A model generated the notes under the pieces. It was not told where the DNA came from. It made no database searches and worked only from the letters and a program-made list of their open reading frames with translations. The position numbers and the translations under genes are program-made. From Marsupella aquatica (Eukaryota; Plantae; Marchantiophyta), in the NCBI GenBank assembly GCA_973895155.1, contig OZ316894.1:19782351-19846350 (forward strand): a DNA stretch of 64,000 nt, read 5' to 3'. Positions 38,480-50,800 of the stretch are shown piece after piece. Numbering within the stretch: the first letter of the stretch is position 1; every line of letters starts with the position of its first letter.

Positions 38480-39112
38480 GCTGTATTTGATAGTGAGGCA
38501 GGAGGCCGGCATCTTGTCTAGCAGATAGACCCCTCCTCCTAGTCCTGTATTTGATAGCTAGCGAGGCAGGAGGCCGGGGTCTTGTCTAGGAGACCCCTCC
38601 TCCTAGTGCTGAGTACCTTATTAGAGGATTGTCGATTGGATCATGTCTCTTTCCAAGTGAGTTTTTTAGAATTTCTGTGCTTTCCAGTGACGGTGACATG
38701 GGGAGATGTCTCCCCGGAGTTTGGGAGGAGACCATGGAGGACCACAAGGCAAGCATGGAGGCCCGAGTTTGGGAGGAGACCATGGAGGAGGAGACCAGCA
38801 GAGTCCTCACCCCAGTCCGGAGCATGGAGACCAACTAAGGGGGTTCCTGAAGAGACAAGCAGCCAAGTCCTCCCCAACAAGGAGACCAGCTGAGTTCCAG
38901 AAGAGACAACACCCGAAGAGATAAGCAATCAAGTCCTCCCAAGCATGGAGGCCAACAACATTGAGAAATCTGAGCATAGCATGGAGGAGGCTAGGAAAAA
39001 TAGTACTCCTCCTAGAATAAGGTAAACAGTGAGAAGTCTATTGTGGCCAAGAAGTCTATTGTGGCTAAGAAGTACAGCAAGAAGTCTGTTGTGGCTAAGA
39101 AGTCTGTTGTGG
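38480..39112. repeat. Cluster of short tandem duplications
   Basis: GAGGCAGGAGGCCGG..TCTTGTCTAG x2; GAGTTTGGGAGGAGACCATGGAGGA x2; 18-bp AAGAAGTCT.TTGTGGC. x4 at 39032-39112. Confidence 0.8.
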
Positions 39113-39659
39113 GCGGGCTTAATATATGCTGCCTATTATGAAGCCATGAATGCCCTGTCCAGGTTAGGATTAGAAATAAATCGAGTGGGATTAGAGGATA
39201 GAAATAAACATTCTCCTCTTCTAATCACCATACATGTTCGACACAATCTCAGTGCAAGACACATAGATGTTTGTGTAGGCTCAATTTACTTAGGTGCTCG
39301 GAAACTGCAAACGTGACCGAACAAAGTGTAAAATTCATTGAAAAAGGGTCGGTACAGGATGGCAAGTGGAACTAGTCCAACCGGGGGATTTGCGACAAAC
39401 TGGAGTCTGTAGTAGATTTTGTGAGCTTGGGCTAGTTAGCTAGGGGCTAGTTTTGGCTGAGTTTGTTTGCATTTTTGCGGTGTTCAAGAATAGCTTTGTA
39501 AATGCGGGGGACGGTGTACTTTCACTTCAAAGTGTTTCAAAGCGTAGTGTCATAATAATGGTATAAAGCCTCCCAGCCTGCTCGCTCATACAGGCCACTT
39601 TGCCCAAGTCAAGCACAGTGCAGGGTGCCCGACCTCACCCTCTTGCTGAACCCTAAACC

Positions 39660-40019
39660 CTATCCATTCCTTTCTTGAAGTTGAGCTGCCTCTGCTGCTC
39701 GCCATGCATGGAGCTCTTGAACTCTAGGTTGGGTAGAGTTGAGTAACCATGTCACAACAGTAGAGTGTGTGGTGTCTTGTCGAAGCAAATATCTAATCTC
39801 CTCCCACTCATCCCACTTCTCAAGTGGGACCCGGATTTCTGGCTTGGCATCTGGTCTTTGTCGCTTCTTATAGTCTATATCATCACTCGGGTACCATTGT
39901 CTAAGTAGACCACCCCCTCTCCGATGGCGTTTCTGCCTCCTGTGTGCAACATCAGGAGGTTGGCCCCATCTAACACTATAATAGGCAATCCTGCCCATTT
40001 GGCCACTTTTGTCCGTCAT
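39660..40019 (-). other. ATG-initiated 119-codon ORF, possibly the N-terminal part of a transposon protein
   Basis: Basic stretch followed by the helical motif EIRVPLEKWDEWEEIRYLL...THSTVVTWLL. Protein-like composition in a repeat-rich context; no family confirmed. Confidence 0.3.
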
Positions 40020-41299
40020 CCCGTTACAAATTTGAATATCAGCAGGAATGGAACTGAACCGTCAGATTAAAGCATCTCTTTTTTCGTATCCATCCAATCG
40101 TGAAACGAGACATGCATCAGATTTTGCTCTCTTCTGTGCACCCCCGTGCACTCATTATGCCCCTCCATCCCCACCCGCAGCAAGGACCTCCGCATAGGGC
40201 TTCGTGACCCACGTTTACATTCCATGCACTTTCTCCCTATGGGACCGGCCCTCCTTGCATAGTGCAAGGCACTGGCATAGGGCTCGTTACTCATACTACT
40301 CTATCCCAAAGTCTAAACCCTATATGTAGAGCCTACCTATAAAAAATCCAACCTATAAAAGAATCTAACCTAAAATTGGAGACTGTATCTCAAGCCAAAC
40401 CTGGTGAACGACCAAAGATTTTCACTCACATCAAGAAACTAGAAAAACTACAACAAATAAAGAAATCTAACCACCAAATGGATAGAGTAAGGTTGAGCAG
40501 CAAATAAAAAAACCTAAGGACCAAGGAAAGAAAGTAAGCACCAGAGACCACTACAGGTGCCACCGATAGATTATGGGAAAAAATCAGGAATGAAGAATGA
40601 GGTGAAGTCGCTGCTCCTTGCACCTTCCCCCTGCCCCTGGCCGTCGCCCCATGTTGCCCCATGTTTGGCAGTTGTGACCAAAATCAATGGGAATTAGGGT
40701 TACAGTGAACCCTAAACTAATCTGCCGACATATACATAGTTGTGACTTACATAGAGTTCCAGCATAGGAAAAACAACTATGCACCAGTGCATGAGCAAGT
40801 TTCAAACTCAGGACCTGTTGCATGGGAGGCGAGTGCACTAACCAATAGCATAAGGGGAGTCTTCGGGAAGTTGAGACCAAGAACTCTAAATGAATACATA
40901 AGTTCGCAAGGGTGGTCCTATGCCTCACCCGGTACAGTCCGATCAGCTGCCCTTGCTCCCCCCTAAACCTTTCACCCGCCATTTCCACAGGCCACCTGTC
41001 CCCTGCCCGGCCTGCCCGACATTTGAATTCAAATTTTATCTCTAAACAATTAGAATGCTCTATTCTTTTTTCTTGTTTTTCTTACTCATTTTTTTATGCT
41101 TTTTTAGTGCTGATTTTTCTAAGCCGTAGATCTTTCAAAAAGCGTCAACGGGTGAGATGTTACTGAGTGGTGATCGGAGGGTAGCGGATGAGCACCAGTC
41201 CACAAACGCGACTATCGCATTTTTCATATGCCAACTCAGGGGTCACCTGGAGTGTAAATATACTTATTTGTGGTTCAAAGCTAAGTGCCCTGAATACCA

Positions 41300-41662
41300 T
41301 AGATTGAACCTTTCAGGGCCAACTTCAATCTCTACTAAGGGCGAATGAAAAAGGTGGAGGGTTTTGCGGATTGGCTATCAGAATGAGGTGAGAAAGGGCA
41401 CGAGAACAAGACGAGAGCTTCACGGGGTTGGGAACTTGGGATGGAGCATTTGAAGCTCAGTTGGCAATCTGTCCCCGAGTACTGCACACTAGATTGAAGC
41501 TTTCACCGAGATTGAAGCTTTCACCGAGATTGAAGCTTACACTGCCAGCTTCAATCTCTAGTAAGGGCGAATGAAAAGGTGGAGGGTTTTGCAGATTGGC
41601 CATCAAAATGAGGTGTGCGAGGGCACGGGAACAAGACGAGAGTTTTACTGGGTTGGGATGGT
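41300..41662. repeat. ~130-bp direct duplication flanking an 18-bp x3 repeat, upstream of the HSP60-derived exon
   Basis: CTTCAATCTCTA.TAAGGGCGAATGAAAA.GGTGGAGGGTTTT...GAACAAGACGAGAG at ~41323 and ~41549; AGATTGAAGCTTTCACCG x3 (last copy partial) at 41491-41538. Confidence 0.85.
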
Positions 41663-41761
41663 GAGGTCTTCTGTCAATTAGCTGGACAGCCGAAATCAAT
41701 TTGTTTAGGGTTTTGCGGTTGGGGCTTCGTGCTCAATTCATTGCAGTCATCAGCAGCGACA

Positions 41762-42298
41762 ATGCAGAGGCCAGGGACGGCTTTTGTGTCTGCTGCAAGG
41801 TTGGTTTTCTTCGTTTGTTCTTCGTCTATTCTTCTTCCCATCGTTTACTGCATTGTTTTTGCTCCTCTTAGGAATTTCTGCGGAGTCTTTGTGAGCTGAA
41901 GAGTTGTCAGTCCCGGGGTTTATCATTTCCTGAGGTTGATGAGTCCGAGCTGGCTTTTTCTTAGTGGATCCGTCTTCCACACAGGTCGTTTCTCTGGGAT
42001 CTGTATTTTGAATCATTACAGTAGATGGGAGATGCCCGAAAAATTGAAGTCAAAAGATTTAGATGGTACACTGGAATAAGATGGATTTGCAAACGTGGCG
42101 CCTCTTTTCGTGCGTCCAAGAGTGTATGCGCTTCTATTTCGCATTATCCGACTCTGTTTCTTCTCTTGCTGCAGTATTTCCTCGTTGTTGACAACTACAG
42201 ATGATACTGCTATCACCGAGTTGCCAAGGGATGGTGCCCCTGCTTTCGCACCTGGCGGTATGGGTGGTATGGGGGCCATGGCTAATATGGATTACTGA
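41762..42298 (+). pseudogene. HSP60: Internally deleted mitochondrial chaperonin-60 gene (first exon plus last exon only)
   Basis: 42175-42298 encodes (S)ISSLLTTTDDTAITELPRDGAPAFAPGGMGGMGAMANMDY*, the Cpn60 C-terminus with GGM tail, behind a pyrimidine-rich acceptor. 41762-41799 encodes MQRPGTAFVSAA(R) followed by a GT donor, resembling the HSP60 start MYRFASNLASKAR. Telo-box TAGGGTTTT at 41706. No chaperonin core lies between. Confidence 0.75.
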
Positions 42299-42783
42299 GG
42301 AGCTCTAGCTGACATTGTGCACTGACCTTGAGAGTTTACATTCAGTGTCCAGCATATTTACCTTGCCTTATGTGGAGAAACTTGAACGATCTTAGCCATT
42401 TCTCAATTCCTTGCACTGCAAAAGAGTACTTTACTGTGAACAAGCTTATAGATTTTTTGAGCTACCTCGATTATTCGGCATTCTATTCTAAGACCATATC
42501 GTTCTTGACAGAAAGCCGTTGCTCTCAATTGAAACGGAGTCGTATCACTTTTGCACCTTTTCCGCACCGAAGATTGCAGCAGAGCAAGGGATACAAGAAA
42601 ATACATATTTGGACGGAGGTAGAATCTTGGCCCTAAAATCAGAGACTTACCGGTCTGTTGTCTCATTCTGAGCGTTTTATTGTAGAAATATGGTATTGAC
42701 CGAAGAAATCAAATAAGAAAAGCAATTCATTGCACGTCGTGGAATCTCTTGCATTTTATACTGGTATCAGTGAGGTTTTCCAG

Positions 42784-45781
42784 ATCTGATCCCGGGTTGT
42801 GGTGCCGACAGTGGAAGCCCAGGGCACCTACTTCTAATCCTAAGATGACAAGGAAAGCACTTCGGGTGGATGGCTGGTCAACTTCAGCATGGGTGCAGGC
42901 AAGGCCCAAATTGACTACTCAATGCCGATTGCAATGTTGTGCTAGTTATGACAGGAGAGAGTGGTCTCAAGACGCTGTACAAGGGAATGGGACCACGAGT
43001 GAAGCAAGTGCTGTTTTGAAGACCCGTCTACAGCGAGGCATTATTGCAGACTCGTCCACGTATGTTAAAGTTCTGCAAATGTGCTTGAAACAAAAAGACC
43101 TTTTAGCTGCCAAGCAAGTTCATGAATGCATCATCCAGAGTGGAATGGATAAGAATACATATGTAGCCAACACCCTCCTGAATGTGTATATGAGGTGCGG
43201 GGGAGTTTTGGATGCACGTCGAGTTTTTAACAAACTTGAGAAGAAGAATGTTGTTACTTGGACCATGATGATTGCAGGATATGCTAATCGTGATGATGCT
43301 GAATCCGCACTGGAAATTTTCAAATTCATGCGCCAAGAAGGCGCCCGGCCTGATGAGGTCACTTATCTGTCCATTCTGAAGGCATGTGCCAATCCGTCAG
43401 CTTTAAAATGGGGAAAAGAAGTTCACGAGTGTATTCGACATGCCGGCTTTGAATCAGATGTGCGTGTAGGCACTGCCCTCCTTCAGATGTATGCAAAGTG
43501 TGGGTGCATTACGGAGGCAAGCCAAGTTTTTGACAAATTGACTAGTCGTAATTTCATCACCTGGAGTGTGATGATTGGTGCGTATGCCGCAAGCGGCAAT
43601 GTGGATGATGCCCGAAGGATGTTTGACAGAATGGGAAAACGAGATCTAATCTTATGGAACATAATCATTGGAGCATATGCAAAAAGTGGTCGTGGTGTGG
43701 AAGCATATCGTCTATTTCTCGAAATGAGACGAGAAGGTTTTGAACCAAATGCTATCACATATATGAACATCCTTGATACCTCTGCAAGTAACGGGGCTTT
43801 GGATTGGGTGAAGGAGGTTCATGCCCATGCCAGTAAAGCGGGACTGGAGTCAGATTTGCGTGTGGGCAATTCACTTGTTCACATGTATGCGAAAAGTGGT
43901 AGTTTGGATGATGCCCGATTGCTTTTTGACAGATTAAAGACGCTAGAAATAATCACATGGAACATAATGATTGGCGCTTATGCAGAACATGGTCGAGGTG
44001 AGGAAGCATATGGATTGTTTCGCCAAATGATACGGGAAGGCTTAAAACCAGACGCGATCACTTATACGAGCATCCTGAATGCTTCTGCAGGTGCGGGGGC
44101 TTTAGAGTGGGTGAAGGAGGTTCATGGCTATGCTAGCAAAGCGGGCTTGGAGTCGGATTTACGTGTGGGCGCTGCACTTGTTCACATGTATTCTAAAAGT
44201 GGTGGTTTGGACGATGCCCGATTGATTTTTGACAGATTGAAGACGCGCGATGTAATCACATGGAGTATCATGATTAGCGCGTATGCAGAACGTGGTCGCG
44301 GTGATGAAGCATATCTACTGTTTCGTCAAATGATTCGCGAAGGGGTAGAACCAGACGCAATCACTTACACCAGCATCCTGAATGCGTCTGCAAGTGCGGG
44401 GGCTTTAGAGTGGGTGAAGGAAGTTCATGGCCATGCGAGGAAAGCTGGACTGGAGTCGGATTTGCGTGTGGGCAATGCACTTCTTCATATGTATGTAAAG
44501 AGTAGCAGTGTAGACGACGCCCGACTAGTTTTTGACAGAATGGAGAAACGCGATGTAGTGACATGGAATATAATTATTGGCTCGTATGCACGACGTGGTC
44601 GCGGTGTAGAAGCATATGGTCTGTTTCGTCAGATGAGACGGGAAGGCTTACAACCAGACGCAATCACTTATACGAGCATCCTGAATGCATGTGGAAGTGC
44701 TGGGCCGTTGGAGTGGGTGAAGGAGGTTCATGGCCATGCTAGCAAAGCAGGACTGGAGTCGGATTTGCGTGTGGGCGCTGCACTTGTTCACATGTATGCA
44801 AAGAGTGGAAGTATAGATGACGCCCGAGTAGTTTTTGACAATTTGGAGAAACGCGATGTAGTCACATGGACTATAATGATCGGTGGACTTGCACAACATG
44901 GTTGTGGGCATGAAGCCTTGGAACTGTTCAAAAAAATGAATGCGGATCTCGTGAAGGCCGACGGGACTACATTCGTTGCAGTGCTGTCAGCCTGTTGTCA
45001 TGCAGGTCTTGTTGATGACGGCCGTAGACTCTTTTTAGCTATGACGCAAGATTACGGCTTCGAGCCTGACATTGTGCATTATAATTGTATGGTGGATCTT
45101 CTTGGGCGGGCTGGGCACTTGGAGGAAGCAAAGCTCTTCATTAGTGACATGCCAGTTGAACCAGATGAAGTAACTTGGAAAGCCTTGCTTGCGGCTTGTA
45201 GAACTTACGGTAATGTGGAGTTGGGCGAACTTGCAGCTAACGAGCTTTTCAAGTTGGAACCCAATGATGCCTCTACATATGTGCTCCTCTCCAACATTTA
45301 TGCTGCAGCTGCCAAGTGGGAGAAGGTGTCATTGGTGCGCACTATGATGCAACAGAGAGGCGTTCGGAAAGAGCCAGGGTGTAGCTGGATAGAAGTTGAT
45401 AAGAAGATCCATGAATTTTATGTGGCGGATACATCTCACCCAGACGCGAAGGCGATATATACTTACATAACGAAATTGACTGAAAAACTGAAGGCTGAAG
45501 GCTACATTCCCGATACCCAGATTGTGTTGCAGAATATCGACGAGGAGGAGAAAGAACTAGCTCTCTGGTCTCATAGTGAGAAGTTGGCGATTGCTTACGG
45601 GCTGATGCGCATACCTCAGGGAAATCCAATTCGTGTATATAAGAACCTTCGGGTGTGTTCAGATTGTCATACAGCAACCAAGTTTATCTCTAAGGTCACG
45701 GGACGCGAAATTATAGCCAGGGATGCAAATCGGTTTCACCATTTTAAAGATGGTGTGTGTTCCTGTGATGATTACTGGTGA
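42784..45781 (+). CDS. PLS-class DYW pentatricopeptide repeat protein, organellar C-to-U RNA editing factor
   Basis: About 21 P/L/S motifs, E1/E2, PG box KEPGCSWIEV, SHP, deaminase HSEKLA...CSDCH and terminal DYW. First in-frame ATG at 42845; alternative spliced start via acceptor 42783|42784. Confidence 0.97.
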
Positions 45782-46014
45782 CCAGATTGGAAGCTCTGTT
45801 TCGCTAGCTTTGAAATGCAGCCCAGAGACAAGGATCCATTCGGTTTTGGCTTGATCAGTGAAGGGCATACGTTCGACAAGCATTATTTTGGAGAGGCGTT
45901 CCAGCCATCGACTATGGCAGTTCTGTGACAGGAACGAACTTCGAGATTTGTGAAGTGATGTTGCTCTCTGTTCGCCCAGCGACCTTTCCCAGTGTCAGGC
46001 AAGCTTCTATTGCT

Positions 46015-47524
46015 ATGGCAGCAGCGGAAGGCGACAGACAAATGAGTAGTAGTGGACGACAAAGAAGACGGACGAAGAAACAGAAAAGCAACACGGGCAG
46101 TTGTTATTCACCAAGCTCTTGGATACCCTTTACATTCCTCCAAACGAAGATGAAGCTCATGGGACCTTCGCCGCCGAGTACAGAAGGTCGAAGCAATACT
46201 AAAACCTTGGCTGGAAGAGTCAATGAGGGCGAAGCCAGACGAATATGGGGAAAAAGTTGCCATTTCCTTGCAGCATGAGTATACCAAAGTAAGCTTGAAA
46301 GGAGATGATAGCATTGTGGCAAAGGTGCTCAAAAAGTTGCCGGGACAAGTACGGAGATCAGTGGCTTGATCTGCACATGTTTCTGGTGACGAAGCATCAA
46401 GAGAGGGACCCGGATTCTGATGACTACCACTACGATAACTGTGATGAGGATGATGAGGAAGAGGAACCAAGTGATGTTCCAGATGATAAAGTCGCTAAAG
46501 GCCTCAAGTGTACCACGAGGATACTGAAGTAATTGGATTGAGAAAAATGATGAAGGAGATGCGACTTTTGAAATCCAGACATTGCAGTTCGGGAGGGAGA
46601 GCACCCGTTCCATGATGACCCGGATGATGAAGAACTTTACGACACAGGTAATGAGGGTGCCAAGTTGGAACACTGGTATCACAGGGCCATGCTTGTGCTT
46701 GCTGGCCCACAAGAAGATCCGTACCAATTGCTTATACAGCAGGGATTTTCTGCCCATAGAGATAATAGATCGTATGCTGGAAGTTAATGATCCACGATTT
46801 TGTGAAACTCTACATGTCGTTTTTCGCCACAGTGAAACCAATCCTTCAACGGTGTGGACGGATCCTCGTGAAGATCGAGCCACATCTGGGTGTTTTTGCC
46901 GATCTTGCAATGCAGCATTTCCAGATGGGCAACTGGGATGCAGAGTTTATTGTGGCGAAGAAGCCATGTGAAGTTTCGATGAACTTTCTGAGCTTAAGAA
47001 ACCTGTGTTTTCATGGTGTCAGCCATATGCAAGATTTCCATATCATGCTACTGTCCAAGCGTTTCTTAGAGGACCGCAGGACAGCATGGTCTACAATGAT
47101 GTGACGAGCTTACCTGCTGCAAGGAAGTTTGCAAGAAAAAACTTTCAATGGGACGCTTACAGATGGATATAGTGCCATTGGAATATATGGTGCAGCGTTT
47201 CGTAAGATTAGAAAAATTTGGCATGCTTTTAAGGTTGCCATGAAGGACTGGGAAAATGGGTAAGAGGAACTTAAGGCGATCGGCATACAACCTGACCTGG
47301 CTACCGTAAACATATCTCCTGATGTGGCTGGCCACAGTGGCAAGAAGAGGAAGAAATTGGACATTCAGGTCACTGATCTAAGCAAACTTCAACCTGACCT
47401 GGCTACCGTAAACATATCTCCTGATGTAGCTGGCCACAGTGGCAAGAAGAGGAAGAAAATGGACATTCAGGTCACTGATCTAAGCAGACTTCAGTACAAG
47501 GAAGAGTATCAAGACGAAGTGTGA
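46015..47524 (+). pseudogene. Intronless disrupted gene of unknown family
   Basis: Successive protein-like ORFs in shifting frames (45925-46278, 46305-46532 with acidic tract, 46582-46971, 46787-47104, 47324-47524) separated by stops and frameshifts. It ends with an in-frame 102-bp duplication (47289/47391) carrying KKRKK. Confidence 0.5.
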
Positions 47525-47899
47525 CATGACTAAATGTGATTGACCTGCCTTCTGTTGAAAACTATTGAGAAGTTTGTTTACGAGCTTCTAGACACATTGT
47601 CTTTCAACGAGAAAAGTTCCTGTGGGCTCCGTGCCAGTGGGAGCAGCCAAAATATGTGAATACGTGAGCTGGCTCTTCCCTTGACTTGAAGCTTGCTGTA
47701 GAGACTGCCGCACTAGCAACTGGCTTTAAGCAGAAGGTTCGTCAGCCATTGCCAGGCTCGTGTGACCCTGGGTTGTGTCCGTATTGAAAACCGTTAAGTC
47801 GCCTCAATTGGGGCTTGAGTGGGTCCCTTTTGGTATCGTGCCCAGTAAACCACTTGTCCAAGAAAAACGAATCACCTGTACCACGATATGAGTAACGGG

Positions 47900-50800
47900 G
47901 AGACGCACATGAAAGCGCGATCTGCAGCTGTAATTGTGCTCCAAACCACTGAAGGGTAGACAAACTAGTTCTTCAGTTTTCGGAAATAAGGAATTAACAG
48001 TTGCTAAGAAGGCCAGTGTTAAGGGATGATTTGCAAATGTCTGCAGCAATTCCAATTGCAGTAGTTAACTTTTATCCACATTCCAACAAGGTGTCCGAAC
48101 GATACCTGTTTGAACTGTAGGAAACCTATAGCGAGAATGGCCATAATGTGGTCAACCGCTTGTCCTTGAGGGCCTTCCACAACAAGATTTTGCATGATGT
48201 TCCAGACCCATGGCTTGAGGAACGAGGGAGAACATTTTTTGCACCACGGGAAAAACATTGTCCTCCCTCCAGATTCAGGTTTTGGAGTCGGACAGATCCC
48301 AATTGGTTCAATTACATCATGAACTCGTTCATCTCTTTCCTTGCCGTTCGTCAATTGTATGGATTCTTGGTGACTTGTCAGGGATTAAAGTGATTGCAAA
48401 CAGGGGCCAATGTACTCTGTCAGTTCATATTGATAATAGAATCTACCTCTAGCCATGGCATCTGGATTCAGTAACTAATGCAACACGTTAATGAGTATGC
48501 AATGGCCAATTAGGTTGGAAGCGAGCGAGGGTGAAAATCCTTTTGATGCAATCATGAAAATATGCACACCTTCGACGAGCGTAACTGTTGATAGAGTCCT
48601 GAAGTTTCACAATTGACAGGGAAACGATGGGCCGAGTGATATCTTCCTCACTGCCGGATAACAACAGAAAGTGGAGTGCAGGCTATCATAGTCACAAAGA
48701 CGTTTCAATGTCTTGTCCATGGAGATTAGAAAACAGACTGGATTCTTCCAGGCTATGTAGGGTACAACAGGAAATGCAGTGCAAATGATCCTAGTTCACG
48801 AGATGGTTCTTTTTGTTTTCACGTAGAACTCTAGTAAAATTAACCGTCCTACAATTGCCAGTAATAGCATATGCGTTGAATGTACTAGTGTGCACCAAAT
48901 CTTGTGACTCTGATGCAGCATATATGTGTGTGGCTCGAATCTTGGGACTGTCAGCCAAGAGATATGTATTTTGCACCATCGTCCAGTATGGTAATTTGGG
49001 GGTAGGGATTCAGGATACGAATCAGCACACCTTCCATAAAGGAGCTGAACTATTGGCACCTTGAAAGATTCACACTTTTAACGATTCCTTTTCAATGCTC
49101 CTCGCCTTATTGTAGTTGTCAATCCTCGCCACCCTGCTGATTCCGCACCATGATGACGGTTCTCCAATGCCTGGTCCTCCTCCTGACGGTTGTCCAATGA
49201 GGGCAAAGTTGACAATGAAATAAGTGAAGCGTGGCTGGAAGCCGAAGGTAGTTCCGTCCGTCATCAAATCACCAGCAGGCAGGCAGAACTTTGTAACACC
49301 GGGGCCAAGATCAGGCTGGGAGGGAGAACAACAATGCAGTCGTACCCTTCCTGAGATCTCAAAGCAGAGCAGCACACAAACACCCAAACTGCGGAAACTC
49401 GTAAAGAAAAATTAAGATTACTGCCAAAAGAGAGATGACAGAAAAATTCATTCGCTCGTCTTCATACAAGACTTTCCTTGGTCCGTAATAACGCTGATGG
49501 CATTGTTTCAAGCAATTAGTCAGCTATAATATTATAATAATATCCTAGGAGTGTTCAAAACGAGCTCAGTTGAGTTCTCTCATTGAATATCATTGGATCT
49601 CGAATTGGTGCCCTTTCAATGTGTCCCATGGAACTTTACACCGGAGAGAGGTGTCTCATGGACTTAAGACCTGCTGCACTTGGTGACGCAACAAAATCTG
49701 GACCACCCCACCTGCACAATCTTCACAACACGGAGTCTTGTGAAGATGTAAGGAAGGTGGGAGGCTCTCCCCAAATTAGGAACTTACTGTACATTGGGCA
49801 CCCAGTTTCGTTTGATCTTCTTATTATTCCATGTTCGTTAACAATTGGCCAGACATCGATCATGCTTTCTGAGATTCCGAGGTGGAGGAAGGAAAGGGAC
49901 ACGAGTATGCACCCACATTTACGAAAGGAACGACATTAGGGCAAAGCAAATAATCGGAGAATTTCGTGCCTTCCTGAATACGCAGCGCACGTTGCGGTGC
50001 TCTGCACTTGAAAAGCTGTCACCTCCAAATTAGGAATGCAGGTCATACCATGGAGACTAAATCTCTTTCAATGTCCAAAGGAAACGAGGGCGTTGGAGGA
50101 AATTGCTTGATCTTCAACTGAATGTGGTTCCAAACGGTTCGGTGTTTCGAGACAAGTAAGCATATGGTTACTCATATGTGCAAGGATAATGATGACTAAC
50201 TCCGGAATTCAAAGGCGTGCATTCGTATGATTGATTGGTATGGTTGATGGGTATAAATGGATCAAAGCTTCACTGGAATCTCCAGCACTGTTGCACGTAG
50301 AAGACTATAATTATGAGCGAGAGGAACCACGTCACATCGACTTTTTTCTTCAATCGAAGGTACAATTCTACACAGGTGTTCATAAACCCGTGTTTGAGAA
50401 TTTCACCAGTGATAAACAAATCACTCTGTTTGGGATTGACTTCCTTCCAAGATGTAGATGTGAAAAGAACCGCATTGTAATGCAGTTGAAGATCATGAAG
50501 TTCGAGCACTTCCAAGCTAGATTTGAAGTTGCATTCGTCTAGATTCACTTGAATTTGGTGATTGCATCTTGCATTGTAGGATTCTCGATCCGGGATCTTC
50601 GACCTTTGGAATGTACATAGCATTGCTCCTCAATGTCTTCCTTGGATAACAATGAAGTCTCAGGTTTGTCTTTGTTGAAACAAGGTTTCCCAAACCCCTC
50701 TAAGATGGCTCTCTGATTCATAGATCATCATCACATTTTGGTCAAGAATTATAAGTTACAAGCCCTTGTGGTGGAAACTCTAATAAAAGTATATCCGTTC

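Noticed and set aside
41491-41538. Heat-shock elements upstream of the HSP60 relic
   Set aside because: GAAGCTTTC spacing does not fit nGAAnnTTCn; it is only an 18-bp tandem repeat.
27247-47490. Two separate 102-bp duplications hinting at a shared mechanism
   Set aside because: The sequences are unrelated; equal length is likely coincidence.
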